This document shows, in pieces, positions 46,385-59,056 of a DNA stretch of 64,000 nucleotides. How positions within the stretch are numbered: position 1 is the first letter of the stretch; the number at the start of each line of letters is the position of its first letter. Source of the stretch: Selaginella moellendorffii. Its lineage: Eukaryota > Plantae > Lycopodiophyta. The notes below the pieces were generated by a model. The model made no database searches. It was not told the DNA's origin and saw only the letters and a list, made by a program, of their open reading frames with translations. The stretch lies in NCBI RefSeq assembly GCF_000143415.4, contig NW_003314264.1, forward strand, positions 896,624 through 960,623, written 5' to 3'. The position numbers and the translations under genes are program-made.

Positions 46385-47142
46385 GCTATGGGGTGGAATG
46401 ACGCTCGCCGCGATCGCAAGCCTGCTTCTACTTCAGGCGCGTCCGCGAGACTCAGCCGATCTCTGGAAATCGCTACTCGGTCACTGGTCTCGTTTTGATG
46501 CGGATGAGCTACATTTTCATAGATCTTCAGTGGAGCATGGCTCAAGAAGCTGAAATCACCGGTTTTCTCTAGCTTGTTCTTTAAGAACAATTTGCTACTT
46601 TTATCTAGGGCCTGTTTACCATGGATCTCCATTACTGCTGGAAATCATCGGCCCACTTGGTGCAAATAGGTGAGAGGAAGTGGTCAAGGTTTTTCTCAAG
46701 CAAAAGCCAACGTTGTCTGTCTCAGCCCCATTGTTTTTCTTCTTTCGGATTTTGCTACAGCGCTGTTGATAATTTTCATTAGAAAACGTCTCTCTGCTGT
46801 TCACAATCACTACACTCGTCTTCTGGAGCTGCAAATACCTTCCAAAGGCAGGAGAAAAGTAAGATTGGAACTTTAGAATTACTTACTCCATGCTTTTTCT
46901 TACAGGTGAAACTCTTGACACTGAAGAGGTCTTTTGAATCCCTTCACAGTTTTTGTCTATGTTGGAGGATCGACATCGTCTTTATTGTATGCTTGGCTCC
47001 CTATGCTTCATTGCGGCATATCACACTTTGGAATTAATTTTCACCATAGTTTTTCTATGCAGGAAATGCTCTGCTTGCTGCTTTTGCATGGGTCATGGCT
47101 TCACACTTCGCAATGTATCCTGTTGTCCTGTTGATTCCAGTA
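46385..47142 (+). pseudogene. PIGU: GPI transamidase subunit PIG-U/GAB1 remnant (N-terminal half, frameshifted, 3' part lost)
   Basis: Collinear peptides LSRSLEIAT, GAWLKKLKSP, GPVYHGSPLLLEIIGPL, IVFLLSDFATALLI, LNPFTVFVYVGGSTS and LLAAFAWVMASHFAMYPVVLLIP match plant PIG-U motifs as I recall them. Homology stops before the Gypsy gag. Confidence 0.8.
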
Positions 47143-47339
47143 TGTTAACGCACTTCTGATCTTGCAAGTCTAATTCCTTGCGTCTATTTTTAAGATTGCT
47201 CCACCCCAATACTGGACCAATATAACACCTCGTATGAAAAGGATTGAGGAAGTTGTAGTAAGAAAACAATAGGACTACATACCATCGTGACAAAGAATCA
47301 GGTTACACAATCCTAGTATGCAAGATTGTGTAACTTGAG

Positions 47340-49796
47340 TCTTCGGGGCATACTCCTGAACTTATTGCTCCGGTCCCGATAGATATCTCTGGTATTTCCC
47401 GACTCATAAAAAGGAAGTTAAATCCAATGTCGAGTATTTCATAATCTTTGCCTCTACTGTGCTAATCCTAATCATAAAGTAGTTGTGTGTCCCAAGAAGC
47501 CTCCCCGACTACTCGAGTTCACTCTGCCTCAAGGTCCACCTTTGTTGCAAATAGAGTAGGAGCTATTTGTTTGGACTCCCCGAATAAAAATCACTTTTCT
47601 TCTTTATCAAGCTCCTCACCACCTTTCATCAAAGCCACCATCAATTCCCGCAACTTCTTCATCCCATGTCTCCTTTCTTTCACCGGACAATCAGGATTCA
47701 AGGCTCTAGCGCTACTGGACTTGGGTGCAACTTCCTGCTTCATAAACACGGACTTTGCTGCTTAACATCACGTTCCTCTTTCTCTTACCATATAGGATTT
47801 GAGGGTTGAAGGCATCGGTGGGCATTTTGTGTCTCCATCTTTTGGACTTAGAGAAATGTTGCCTGTTCGAGTACACATTAGGTCCACCTTCATTAATATT
47901 GCCTTTAACATCATCAACAACAAGTCCTCCTCTGTGGTGCTCAGCTTTCCTTGGTTCCAACTACACCAGCCTCAAATCTGTTGGAAGGAATTACAGCTTG
48001 TCTCTCCCACGTCTTCATCGAGTTTGAATCAGGAAAAGTTCCCTAAACTCAAATCAGGGTTCTGTTCCTAACTCTACAAAGTTTTCACCCTCTTCTTTCC
48101 CCTCTCTTCCATCTTACATTGGACAGTATCTTCATCTCATCATTCCATTCAATTGTACGCCTCCTTCTCCACAATCACTATGAAAGAACTCCTTCACGAA
48201 GAACCTATTTTCATTTTTGCTTTGCATGTTTCTCCTGTCAATTTTCCTGAGAAGTATCATGATTTTGGGGATGTGTTTGACAAGAAAAAAGCTAGTGTAC
48301 TACCTATTCATCGGCCTTACGACTGTCCCATTGATTTACAGGAAGGAGCATCACTTCCATGGGGGCTTATCTACGGGTTATCCCTGTCCAAGCTTAAGGC
48401 CCTCAAAGAGTACGTGGACAAGAACCTTGCCTCAGGGTACATTCAGCATTTGCAATCCCCAGCTGGAGCACCTGTCTTCTTTGTCAAAAAGAAGGATGGG
48501 AGTTTGTGGCTAGTCATCAACTACTGAGGTTTGAACAAGGTGACTGTTCGGAACCGTTATCCACTACCCCTAATCTCGGACCTATTGGAATGCCTTGGCG
48601 GTGCCCGCTTCTTCACCAAGATTGACCTCTGTGGAGCATATAACTTGATCCGGATCCAGCTTGATGATGAATGGAAGATTATGTTCCAAACCCCCTATGG
48701 CCACTTCGAGTACACTGTCATGCTGTTTGGCTTGACAAATGCTCTAGCAGTTTTCCAACATATGGTGAATGACGTCTTTCGGGAGTTTCTTGATCAGATG
48801 GTGATCATCTACCTCGACGACATCCTCATTTACTAAAAAACTCAGGAGGAGCACGACGAGCATGTGCGCAAGGTGTTGGTGAAGCTGCGGGAACACGGCC
48901 TATACGAGAAGCTTGAGAAATGTTCCTTTGATTAAGAGTCTATGGAGTTCCTTGAGTATATTGTCACTCCTGAAGGTATCACGATGGATCCTACCAAAGT
49001 CAAGACTATTCTCGAATGGGAGCCTCCACAATCAATGTCAGACGTTCAAGTTTTCCTTGGCTTTGCCAACTTTTACCGTAAATTCATTGCTCACTACTCC
49101 GACATTGTCCTTCCTCTCATGCATCTCATTCGCAAGGATATTCCCTTCTCTTGGTTTGCTATTGCCCAGCAGGCCTTTGACACACTCAAGGTGGCCTTCA
49201 GTTCTGCTTCCGTCTTGATCCATGCTGATCCCTCACAACCTTTCTTCATTGAGGCGGACGCCTCCAACTTTGCCATTGGTGCTGTGTTGTCTTAACTCGG
49301 AGCGGATCAGGAATTTCATCCAATTGCTTTCCATTCTCGGAAATTCTAGCCTGTGGAGATTAATTACGAAATCCATGACAAGGAGCTCCTTGCCATCATG
49401 GATTCCTTTGGAGAGTGGCGTTGTTTCTTGGAGGGGCCAATCCATCAAACAATGGTCTGGACGGATCACAAAAATCTCGAGTACTTTGCCACTTCCCAAG
49501 TTTTGAGCCATTGTCAAGTAAGGTGGGCACAATTCTTGACTCGATTTGACTTTGTTATCAAGTACAGACCTGGAAAGCTTCAGGGCCTTCCTGATGCTCT
49601 TTCAAGGCACTCCTATCTTAGTCTCAAGCCTGGTAATCCTGCCTTTGATCAACAGGATCAGGTTATCCTCAGTCCTAATGAACTTCACGTTATGACAATT
49701 TCCCTGGCCCCTTAGGACTCCTCCTTGATGGATGCGATCAGAAACAATCTTCAATCCAATGACCTCGCTAGCGACATTTTCCCCCATCTTCCTAGT
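47340..49796 (+). mobile_element. Chromoviral Ty3/Gypsy gag-pol, 5' part (zinc knuckle, PR, RT, RNase H), pseudogenised
   Basis: CLYCANPNHKVVVC (CCHC), ALLDLGATSCFI (protease), [25 protein letters not shown] (RT), EADASNFAIGAVL, NYEIHDKELLAI, WTDHKNL (RNase H); several in-frame stops. Confidence 0.95.
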
Positions 49797-52700
49797 GGAA
49801 TGTTCCTAGATTGCAAATTTGGACACGGGATGAACACCATTGTGTTCAAAACAATCTCTACATTCTATAGATATGCCAAATGAGCAAATTTGGACACTTT
49901 CCATAAATAGCATTTGGGACCGAAATGAGACTAACACAAAGGGTATGATAGCGAGGGTGTTTGGCAGACACGGTAAGCTATCATTTAGCGATGTTGAGGG
50001 ACTAATCTCAATATCGCGGGGGTTCTTGATACTAGCAAGTGCAAGCCAATGACAAGAGTTTCTCAAACCAGGCCAAAGTATGCTCAACAAGAAACACATA
50101 GTGTTCCTACCTTATGTTTATCTGATCTAAGTACACGGTCATTGACTAGTTTCTCAACTAGCTCAAATGGGAAACTGATAATGGGTCCAGCAATACCGAC
50201 CTCCTGCCATCGTGGCAGTAAAGAAAGAATATCCAAAAGGACTAGCCGACATGTAATTTTCGATACCCAAAGTCACATTTGCGACACTCTCCCCCCTTTA
50301 GGGAAGATCGACGTCGTCGTCGATGGATACTCCAGTCTAGAATACTGCCAAGGAAACAACCCTAGAAAAAGTTCACGGTATTCACACTATGTGAGAAATG
50401 CACCAACTTAAATGAGTTAAGGGTAACCTCTTTGTTTAACGCGGATGCGCTACCAACTCAGACACCTTCCGGCCATCGTCGATAAGGAAATGACCAACAG
50501 AGTCAGCCACCCTTGTTGCCTTGGGAGTCACCCAACTTACAAAAGTATGATATGCCATTGCCCACAAGAACATAGAGAGAGAAGCCAGAGGCCCCAACCC
50601 TCATGAGCAAAGAAACCAAACCCGTTAGTAAGGTTTAGATAGATTACTGTAAACAGGCAGTTAGAGTTGTTTACACGGTCACACCCTTGTAATGGAATAA
50701 GGAACATCGACAAAGAGGCGGGTTATGTGACCAGTTGACAGTAGCTACCCCATGACTAAAGATTTCAACATGCACACGAAGTGCCAAAGACAGTCTGCCC
50801 ATTACTAGCCCAAACTCAAAGATCAATAAATGGACAATATCAAAGTCATAAACAATGATATCTTAGAGATTTAATTATCAGTGAGTATATCTTAGATTAG
50901 AACACAAAAGTATTCCAAGTAAGTTATCATCCGATAAAGAACCACCAAAATCACTATAGTTAGTAAATATAGGATTCACCATTCTACAAAATTCAATAGC
51001 TAGTATATTATCAAGAAAACACAATGATAAAACTTAACTACTGAAGGTTGTAGACAGTATGTCAAACAACTTACCAAAGATATCTCAAAGAACACAAAGT
51101 ATCATTGATTGACAAGCACAATGCTCGCAAATGTATCACTCAAAGGAAATAACATCCAAATCTATCAAAACTAACTCGAGCAACAATCAATAAAACATAA
51201 TGAATGTGGTAAGACCAACAAACACTTAGTCATGCCAACCATTGCACTAACCAATCTGAATAGATCCCGATCAACAATACGAAGGAACTAGAGTTGCTTA
51301 AACAAGTGTCAGCAACGTCCTACTGATGTCTCAAACCCAAAAGACCAATCCAAAGCAAACCACAAAGAACATATGGTATTGCGAAAAAGCCATAAGCTAT
51401 CAAAAAGATTAACTAACTATCATGAAAGATCATCAATCATCCTATCAATAAAGAGATGCAGAATCATTGGCTAAGAAGGAATCCACCATCCCGAAGAATA
51501 GGAAATCATTCTAAATCAACGATAATCAAGAAAAACCTTTAACAAGGACAATCAATTATCTTAGATGATAGTTAATCATCACCAATGATTGCTAGATGCA
51601 AATACTAACTTCAATATTGAAGCTAGGAGCCAAAATGCCTTCCCCAACAACTTCTAATAAATGGAGCAATGAGCACAAAACTCAAGGGACCAAAAGCTCG
51701 AAAAAACCTATAGGTAAGTTTTGCTTAACAATAATCACAACATCCATATAAACTAACTTCAATGCTAAAGAGAAATTATGGTACAACCCACAATATCCCC
51801 CTCAACACATCCATAAGCTAAACTTCATAATGTCAAAGCTAATGAAGAGTATGTCTGCATCAATCCAAAAGCTAAGTATAACGAAGCTATGCTCAACAAG
51901 TGATCATTAAACGATCCTCCATGAATCCATTTATAGAAAACGTAACTCACTTCATAACAAGCACAAGAAGAATCATCAATGATTAACATATTCCAATTCA
52001 AATCTAAGAAGGACTCAAATATTCTAATATCAATCACTAACTCTTCCTCTCGTAAAGTTAGTATAGTCCACGATTAAATCACTTTTCAAGGAAAAGCTAA
52101 AGCTCAACCTCAACTAAGAAATCTCATCGAGAACGCAACTAACTCAGCTTGCCACTTACTTCATTTGAACGTCAACATAGTTGCCAACTAGCAAATGCGC
52201 AAATGCTAATAACACAAAGCTATAGCCAAATCATCAACACTATCTTCATCAAGACTAATGAAACTCAATATCAATCCTTGGAAGGATATCTCATTTCATT
52301 CAGATCTCAATATCAACAATATCAATGACAAGGCATCACTTCAATGCCATTAACACCATAACAAAGCTAGAAGAAAGCAAGAGTGAATCACCATTCAAAG
52401 CTCTTTAGCAACCAAGCTAACTAAAGTCGAAAATGCTATATTTAGTATTCGAGACTAATCCTTCAACAATACTCAGCTACAGATAACACATCTTCAAGGA
52501 GTGAATCACCACGTCCAAGACTCAATGAAATCCAACATTATGGACTAAATGTAACCAAATGATATTGACAAAGGTAGAGTCGACATGTCAACATGAAAAA
52601 TTCATGTAAGTCTAATGACACGATCCTCCACAACACCATCCGGTAAAGCAAGCCCATCACTGTTAAATCATCTTCAAATAAAGCAAGTGTCAACAGTCCT

Positions 52701-52871
52701 GAGCAAAGTCTATAAGTAATGACTAGTCGCTAAGCAACTAACAATCACCCTTCAACTTGCCTTCACAAGACCCAACACTAAACTTACGTCATCAAGTTAT
52801 ATACTTGTCCAACATAAACGTAATACCCCAGATTGAGATAAAAGTTCATAGACAAGCACAAACTAAATGAC
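49797..52871 (-). mobile_element. Family-B element copy B1, 3' part (truncated 3' LTR 49797-50286, PPT 50287-50297, interior)
   Basis: Reverse complement of the family-B LTR start (..CACATTTGCGACA), followed by CTCTCCCCCC (PPT). The interior 50287-52871 is the reverse complement of 56036-58641. Confidence 0.9.
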
Positions 52872-55800
52872 TGTTGCGAATGTGACTTCAGGTATCGAAA
52901 GTTACCTGTCGGCCAGTCCTTACGGACACTCTTACCTTACTGCCACGATGGCAGGAGGTCGGTATTGCTGGACCCTTTATTAGTCCCTCTTGTTCAAGTG
53001 TTAGTAAACTGGACTTTGCATCTGTACTTGGCCGGATGAGCATAAGGAAGGAATTCCTAAGTGTCTATTTAGCTTAGCATACTTGGCCCGGCTTTTTAGT
53101 TATCTTTTGCTCTGTCTTGCACTGGCTTGACAAGAACCCTCACGTATTGAGATTGGTCCCTCAATATCACTACATGATAGCTTACCGTGTCTGCCAAACA
53201 CCCTCGCTATCATGCCCTCTGTGTTAGTCTCATTTCGGTCCCAAATGCTATTTATAAAAAGTGTCTAGATTCGCTCATTTGGCATATCTATGGAATGTAG
53301 AGGTCGGCCTGAACACAATGGTGTTCGTCCCGTGTCCAAATTCGCAATCTAAGGACATTCCATATTTAGTAAGTTTCAAGCTTGTCCCAGAGACTAACTC
53401 CTGATATTAAGGGAGGCTTAGGGTGAAAGCCCAAAGCGTGTGTTCCTCAAGGGGGGGGGGGGGGCGCTATGGGGGGTTCCAAATGTATAGTAGGGATAGT
53501 GGGTAGGTCGGGCATGGCCGACCAACCTGAGGCATAGTCTAGCTCCCGCTTGCGTGCATGTCCTTGTTCTGCGTCTGGCTTGGGTCTAAGCCCAAGTTCC
53601 ATTCCATGCTAGCTGGTGGAGTACCCATACTCTCACGTTAGGCCACCGGTATGCCGAAATAGCGCCAGACTCTGTTTGGCTCTGTTTTGCGTGCTGGTCC
53701 TGGCATTGGGATGTTGGTTGCTCCAGGACTGTTCCAAGTCGCTCCGGACCCCTGTCCCTTCGCTCCTTGGGCTGTATGCTCGGGAGTTGCTCTGTGGTCT
53801 GGTTCCATCACTCCTTGGCTCCACGCTTGGGAGTTTGGCACCATTCTTTCGTTCAGCGGCCCAAGGCCCTGAACCTCGGGTTCCTATGGACACGTGGCAT
53901 GGACACGTGGCATGTAACACGTGACATGGACAAGTGGCACAAAGAGGGTTTAGGTTCCGTTTCGTGGTGTTATCCTATGGTAAATCACCATAGGATAAAG
54001 GGTCAAAACCACGTGCGCTACATTTGGTATCAGAGAATGAGTCTCAGCAAGTACTATTCAATGAGATTGGGCAACTAGTCTCGTTGCATACGTAGAGATG
54101 AAAACGATGATCCGAGTGGGTACATGTTTGGGTGCAAAGGCTTCGCAATTGTTCCTTGAGTATGGATTTGGTTACCGTTTTGTACCGTATTATATGAGCT
54201 TGCTCTTGGGCTCATAAGAAGGATTGAGTTGTTCCAGTAGCACAAGTTTGCGCTTGGGCTCGTGAGTGAGGCACATTAGCAACTCAAGGTTACACTTAGA
54301 GTTGGCAGGATTAATGTTAGCCTATCAGTGGTTCCATGAGTTGTTCCATGTACCATGGGTGAAAGTAAACTTTCCTTGGGTTTGCTATGAGTAACAAATA
54401 GGCTGGTCCATAGCTGTTTAGCATGGCACTAGTGGATCCTTCTTATGCATGATTACAAGTGAGTCAATCAAGACTAGAGATTAGTCTATTAGTTCAAGTA
54501 GTCATTGCTGTGCTCTCTCATAAGTTTTTCTTGGACTGGACTAAAGGCAGTGCGAAAGCAAGCTTGAGGTTTAGTCAAAGATGAGACCGAAAAGAGAGTC
54601 ATCGGGGACGGAGGATCAAATACGTAAATCATTTTCTCTTTTTGGAGAGATGATCTGCAACGAGGTGTTAACTTATTGCATGTGTTCACATCATGCAATC
54701 AAGAGTCCTTATCTTGATGCATGTTGGAGATGGTGGTCTTACAATGGTGAGTTGTGGGATGGATAGCGGTGAAGTGCTATACCATTTTGTCTAAGTTTGC
54801 TATTGAAAGACTTAGGTTGCAATGCTCAATTCTTTTCCGGGGACCCTTGTTATTGCTCCTTGTGTAGCTTGGTGTTAGATTAGTTTTGAGATTGGTCAAA
54901 AAGAGAGTGGCATGAGCTTGTCTGTGTTGTGAACAAAAGTTAGTGATGTCGGGTGTTGTAAATCTCTATCGGTGGGGTGTGGCATTTATGTTGCATTTTG
55001 TCGAATCGAGTTGGCACTTGATATTCACATAAACCTTTGCAGTAGTGACATGGGCATTGCTCATAGTGTTGCTTGATTGATGATCAAGTCATTGTGGTTT
55101 ATATCATATCCATGTGATAATGAGCAATGTGTTTACGAAGTTGCTTGGATAAACGATGATCAACCCCCGAAGTGGTTGATAGTAAAGCTAGTCTACTTGC
55201 ACGAAGTAGCATTATAGTAGCTTTGACTGGATTCTTAATGGTGGTCCATTATGCTAAGCTTATGTTGGTTGAGTTTGCCCATAAGGTGTTGGAAAGGGTT
55301 GTAGCATTCATTTGCTATAGCTCGTCAGTTGATCCGTTAGTACTTGGAGTAGATTGTTGGTAGGAGGAAGTTGGTTGAGTCTTGAAAGTTTGCAATCTTG
55401 GACTGAGAGTCATTCTTTCTCTAGGATGGAAATTTTCCACAAATTTTCTTAGACTTTTCCAATGGCTGATCTATTGATCACTTTGCTCGAAAACCATTCC
55501 GTTTTCGTAAGCTAGTACAAACTAGTGAAGGGGTTAGAGTTGACTTCGGTTACCTTAGACCTTGGTAGGTAGTTTGTATGATGCGACCCGAAAGGGATGC
55601 TGACTTTTGGGGCTAAGGCAATTGAGTTAGATAGAGTCTAGAGTTAATGTAGAAAAGTGGCCATTGCACTTTTCTCAGAAAGGTGACCCTTGTACCTTTC
55701 TTTTGTAGCGTTGTGCTTGGTGGCAGGTTGCACCTTGCATTATGTTAGACTCTATGAGAGTAGTGAGCTCTCACTGATCTTGACTTGGTTTTGGTAGCCC

Positions 55801-58800
55801 TGCGCCTTGGCTGAGGATGGTGATGTCCAACTTAGTTGTTCGAGTTGAGATGTTGGTACCCGTACTATAGCTTTGTCTATGAGGAGGTTGTGTACCAATA
55901 TGAGTCCATCTTATGGTCTTCACTTTAGTTTCGACTAAGTGTTGATCATGCATAGCTAGCCTATTCAAGGCATGCTCAGAGCTAGTGGCCAAATGTTTTA
56001 GTGAGCTTATTGCGGTTGAGTTGGATTCGAGTGATCATTTAGTTTGTGCTTGTCTATGAACTTTTATCTCCTACCTGGGGTATTATGTTCATGTTGGACA
56101 AGTATATAACTTGATGACAAGAGTTGGTGTTTGGGTCTTATGAAGGCAAGTTGAGGAGTGATTGTTAGTTGCTTTGCGACTAGTGATTACTTGTAGACTT
56201 CATCAAGGACCGTTGACACTTGCTTTGCTCGATGACGATTTAGCAGTGATGGGCTTGCTTTACCAGATGGTGTTGCGGAGGATCGTGTCGTTAGACTTAC
56301 ATGAGTTTTTCATGTTGGCATATCGACTCTACCTCTGTTGATATCATTTGGTTACATTTAGTCCATAGTGTTAGATTTCATTGAGTCTTGGACGTGGTGA
56401 ATCACTCCTTGATGATGTGTTGTCTGCAACTGAGTTTTGCTGAAGGATTGATCTCGGATACTAAATAAAGTATTTTCGACCTTGGTTAGCTTAGTTGCTG
56501 GAGAGTTTTGAGTGGTGATTCACTCTTACTTTCTGTTAGCTTGTTATAGTGTTGATAGCATTCAAGTGATGCCCTATCGTTGACATTGTTGGTATTGAGA
56601 TTCAGATGAAATGAGATGTCTCTCTCTGTAGGGTTGATATTGAGTTTCATTAGTCTCGATGCAAATAGCGTTGATGATTTGGTTATAGCTTTATGTTATT
56701 GGCATTAGTGCATTTGCTAGTTAGCAACTATGTTGACGTTCAAATGAACTGAGTGGCAAGTTGAGTTAGTTGTGTTCTAGATGAGATTGCTTAGTTGAGG
56801 TTGAGCTTTAGCTTTTCTTTGAAAAGCGATTTAGTCGTGGACAATGCTACCTCTATGAGAGGAAGAGTTAGTGATTGGTATTAAAGTGATTAAATCCTTG
56901 TTGGATTTCAGTTGGGATATATCGATCATTGATGATTTTTCTTGTGCTTGTTATGAGGTGAATTACATCTTGCTGTAGATGGGTTCATGGAGGATCAGTT
57001 TGGTGATCACTTGTTGAGCATAGCTCCATTGTGCTTAGCTTTTGGATTGATGCAAAAATGCTCTTCATTAGCTTTGGCATTATGAAGTTTGGCTTATGAA
57101 TGTGTTGAGGAAGATATTGTGGGTTACACCATGATTTCTTCTTTAGCATTGAAGTTAGCTTCTATGAGACTCGTGATCATTATTAGGCAAGACTTAATTA
57201 TAGGCTTCTTCGAGCTTTTGGTTCATTGAGTTTTGTGCTCATTGTTCCATTTGTTAGAAGTTGTTGGGGAAGGCATTTTGGCTCCTAGCTTCAATGTTGA
57301 AGTTGGTTTTTGCATCTAGCAATCATTGATGATGATTGACTACCATCTAGGATAGTTGATCATCCTTGTCAAAAGTTTTGCTTGATTATCGTTGATCTAG
57401 AATGATTTGCTATTCTTCGGGATGGTGGATTCCTTCTTAGACGATGATTCTGCATATCTCTTTTTGATAGGATGATTGATGGTCTTTCCTGATAGTTAGT
57501 TGTTCTCTTTGTTGGTTTATGAATTTTTGCACTACCACATGTTCTTTGTGGTTTGCTTTGGATTGGTCTTTTGGGTTTGAGACATCAGTAGGATGTTGCT
57601 GACACTTGCTTAAGCAACTTGAGTTCCTTGGTGTTATTGGTTGGGATCTATCTGGATTGGCTAGTGCAATGGTTGATATGAACAAGCGTTTATTTCCTTT
57701 GCAACATTCATTTTGTTCTGTTGATTATTGCTCGAGTTAGCTCTCATAGATTAGGATGTTATTTCCTTCAGGTGATACATTTGCAAGCATTGTGCTTATT
57801 AGTCAATGATACTTTGTGTTCTTTGAGTTGTGTTCTGTGAGTTGTTTGGCATGCTATTTGCCATTTTCGGTAGTTAAGTTTTATCATTGAGTTTCCTTGA
57901 TGATCTACTTGCTATTGAATTTTGTTGGATGGTGATTCCTATGTTTATCAATTATGATGATCTTGGTGGTTCCTATACTCAAATACTAGTTTATCGGATG
58001 ATAACTTACTTGGAATACTTTTGTGTTATAATATAAGATTTATTCACTGATAGTTCCGACTCTAAGATATCATTGTCTATGACTTTGATATTGTCCATCT
58101 ATTCATCTTTGAGTTTGGGCCTGTAATGGGCAGTCTGGCTTCGGCACTTCGTGTGCATGGTGAAATCTCTAGTCATGGGGTAGCTACTGTCGACTGGTCA
58201 CATAACCCGCCTCTCTGTCGATGTTCCTTATTCCATTGAAAGGGCGTGACCGTGTAAACAACTCTAACTGCCTGTTTACAGTAGTCTATCTAAACCTTGC
58301 CGACGGGTTTGGTTTCTTTGCTCATGAGGGTTGGGGCCTCTGGCTTCTCTCTCTATGTTCCTGTAGGCAGGGGCATATCACACTTTTGTAAGCTAGGTGA
58401 CTCCCAGAGTAGCAAGGGTGGCTGACTCCGTTGGTCATTTCCTTGTCGGCGACAGTCGGAAGGTGTCTGAGCTTGTAGCGCATCCACGTTAGACAAAGAG
58501 GTTGCCCCCTAACTCATTTAAGTTGGTGCATTTCTCACATAGTGTGAGTACCGTGAACTTTTTCAAGAGTTGTTTCCTTGGCGGTATTCTCGACTCGAGT
58601 ATCCATCGACGAGGACATCGATCTTCCCTAGGGGGGGAGAGTGTCGCGAATATGACTTCAGGTATCGAAAGTTACCTGTCGGCCAGTCCTTACAGACACT
58701 CTTACCTTACTGCCACGATGGCAGGAGGTCGGTATTGCTGGACCCTTTATTAGTCCCTCTTGTTCAAGTGTTAGTAAACTGGACTTTGCATCTGTACTTG

Positions 58801-59056
58801 GCCGGATGAGCATAAGGAAGGAATTCCTAAGTGTCTATTTAGCTTAGCATACTTGGCCCGGCTTTTTAGTTCTCTTTTGCTCTGTCTTGCACTGGCTTGA
58901 CAAGAACCCTTGCGTATTGAGATTGGTCCCTCAATATCGCTACATGATAGCTTACCGTGTCTGCCAAACACCCTCGCTATCATGCCCTTTGTGTTAGTCT
59001 CATTTCGGTCCCAAATGCTATTTATGGAAAGTGTCTAGATTCGCTCATTTGGCATA
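52872..59056 (+). mobile_element. Family-B element copy B2, non-autonomous and LARD-like, nested in B1 (5' LTR 52872-54022, PBS 54025-54035, PPT ~58631-58641, truncated 3' LTR 58642-59056)
   Basis: TG..CA LTR, TGGTATCAGAG PBS, GGGGGGGAGAG PPT. The LTRs differ at ~10 of ~415 shared bp. No long ORF in the 4.6-kb interior, only an eroded integrase trace near 55200-55610. Confidence 0.92.

Noticed and set aside
55308-55331. Possible hammerhead ribozyme core on the minus strand (CTGACGA-GC-TATA-GC-AAATG), suggesting a retrozyme
   Set aside because: Lacks the invariant GAAA, has no evident stems I/III, and is not in the LTRs.
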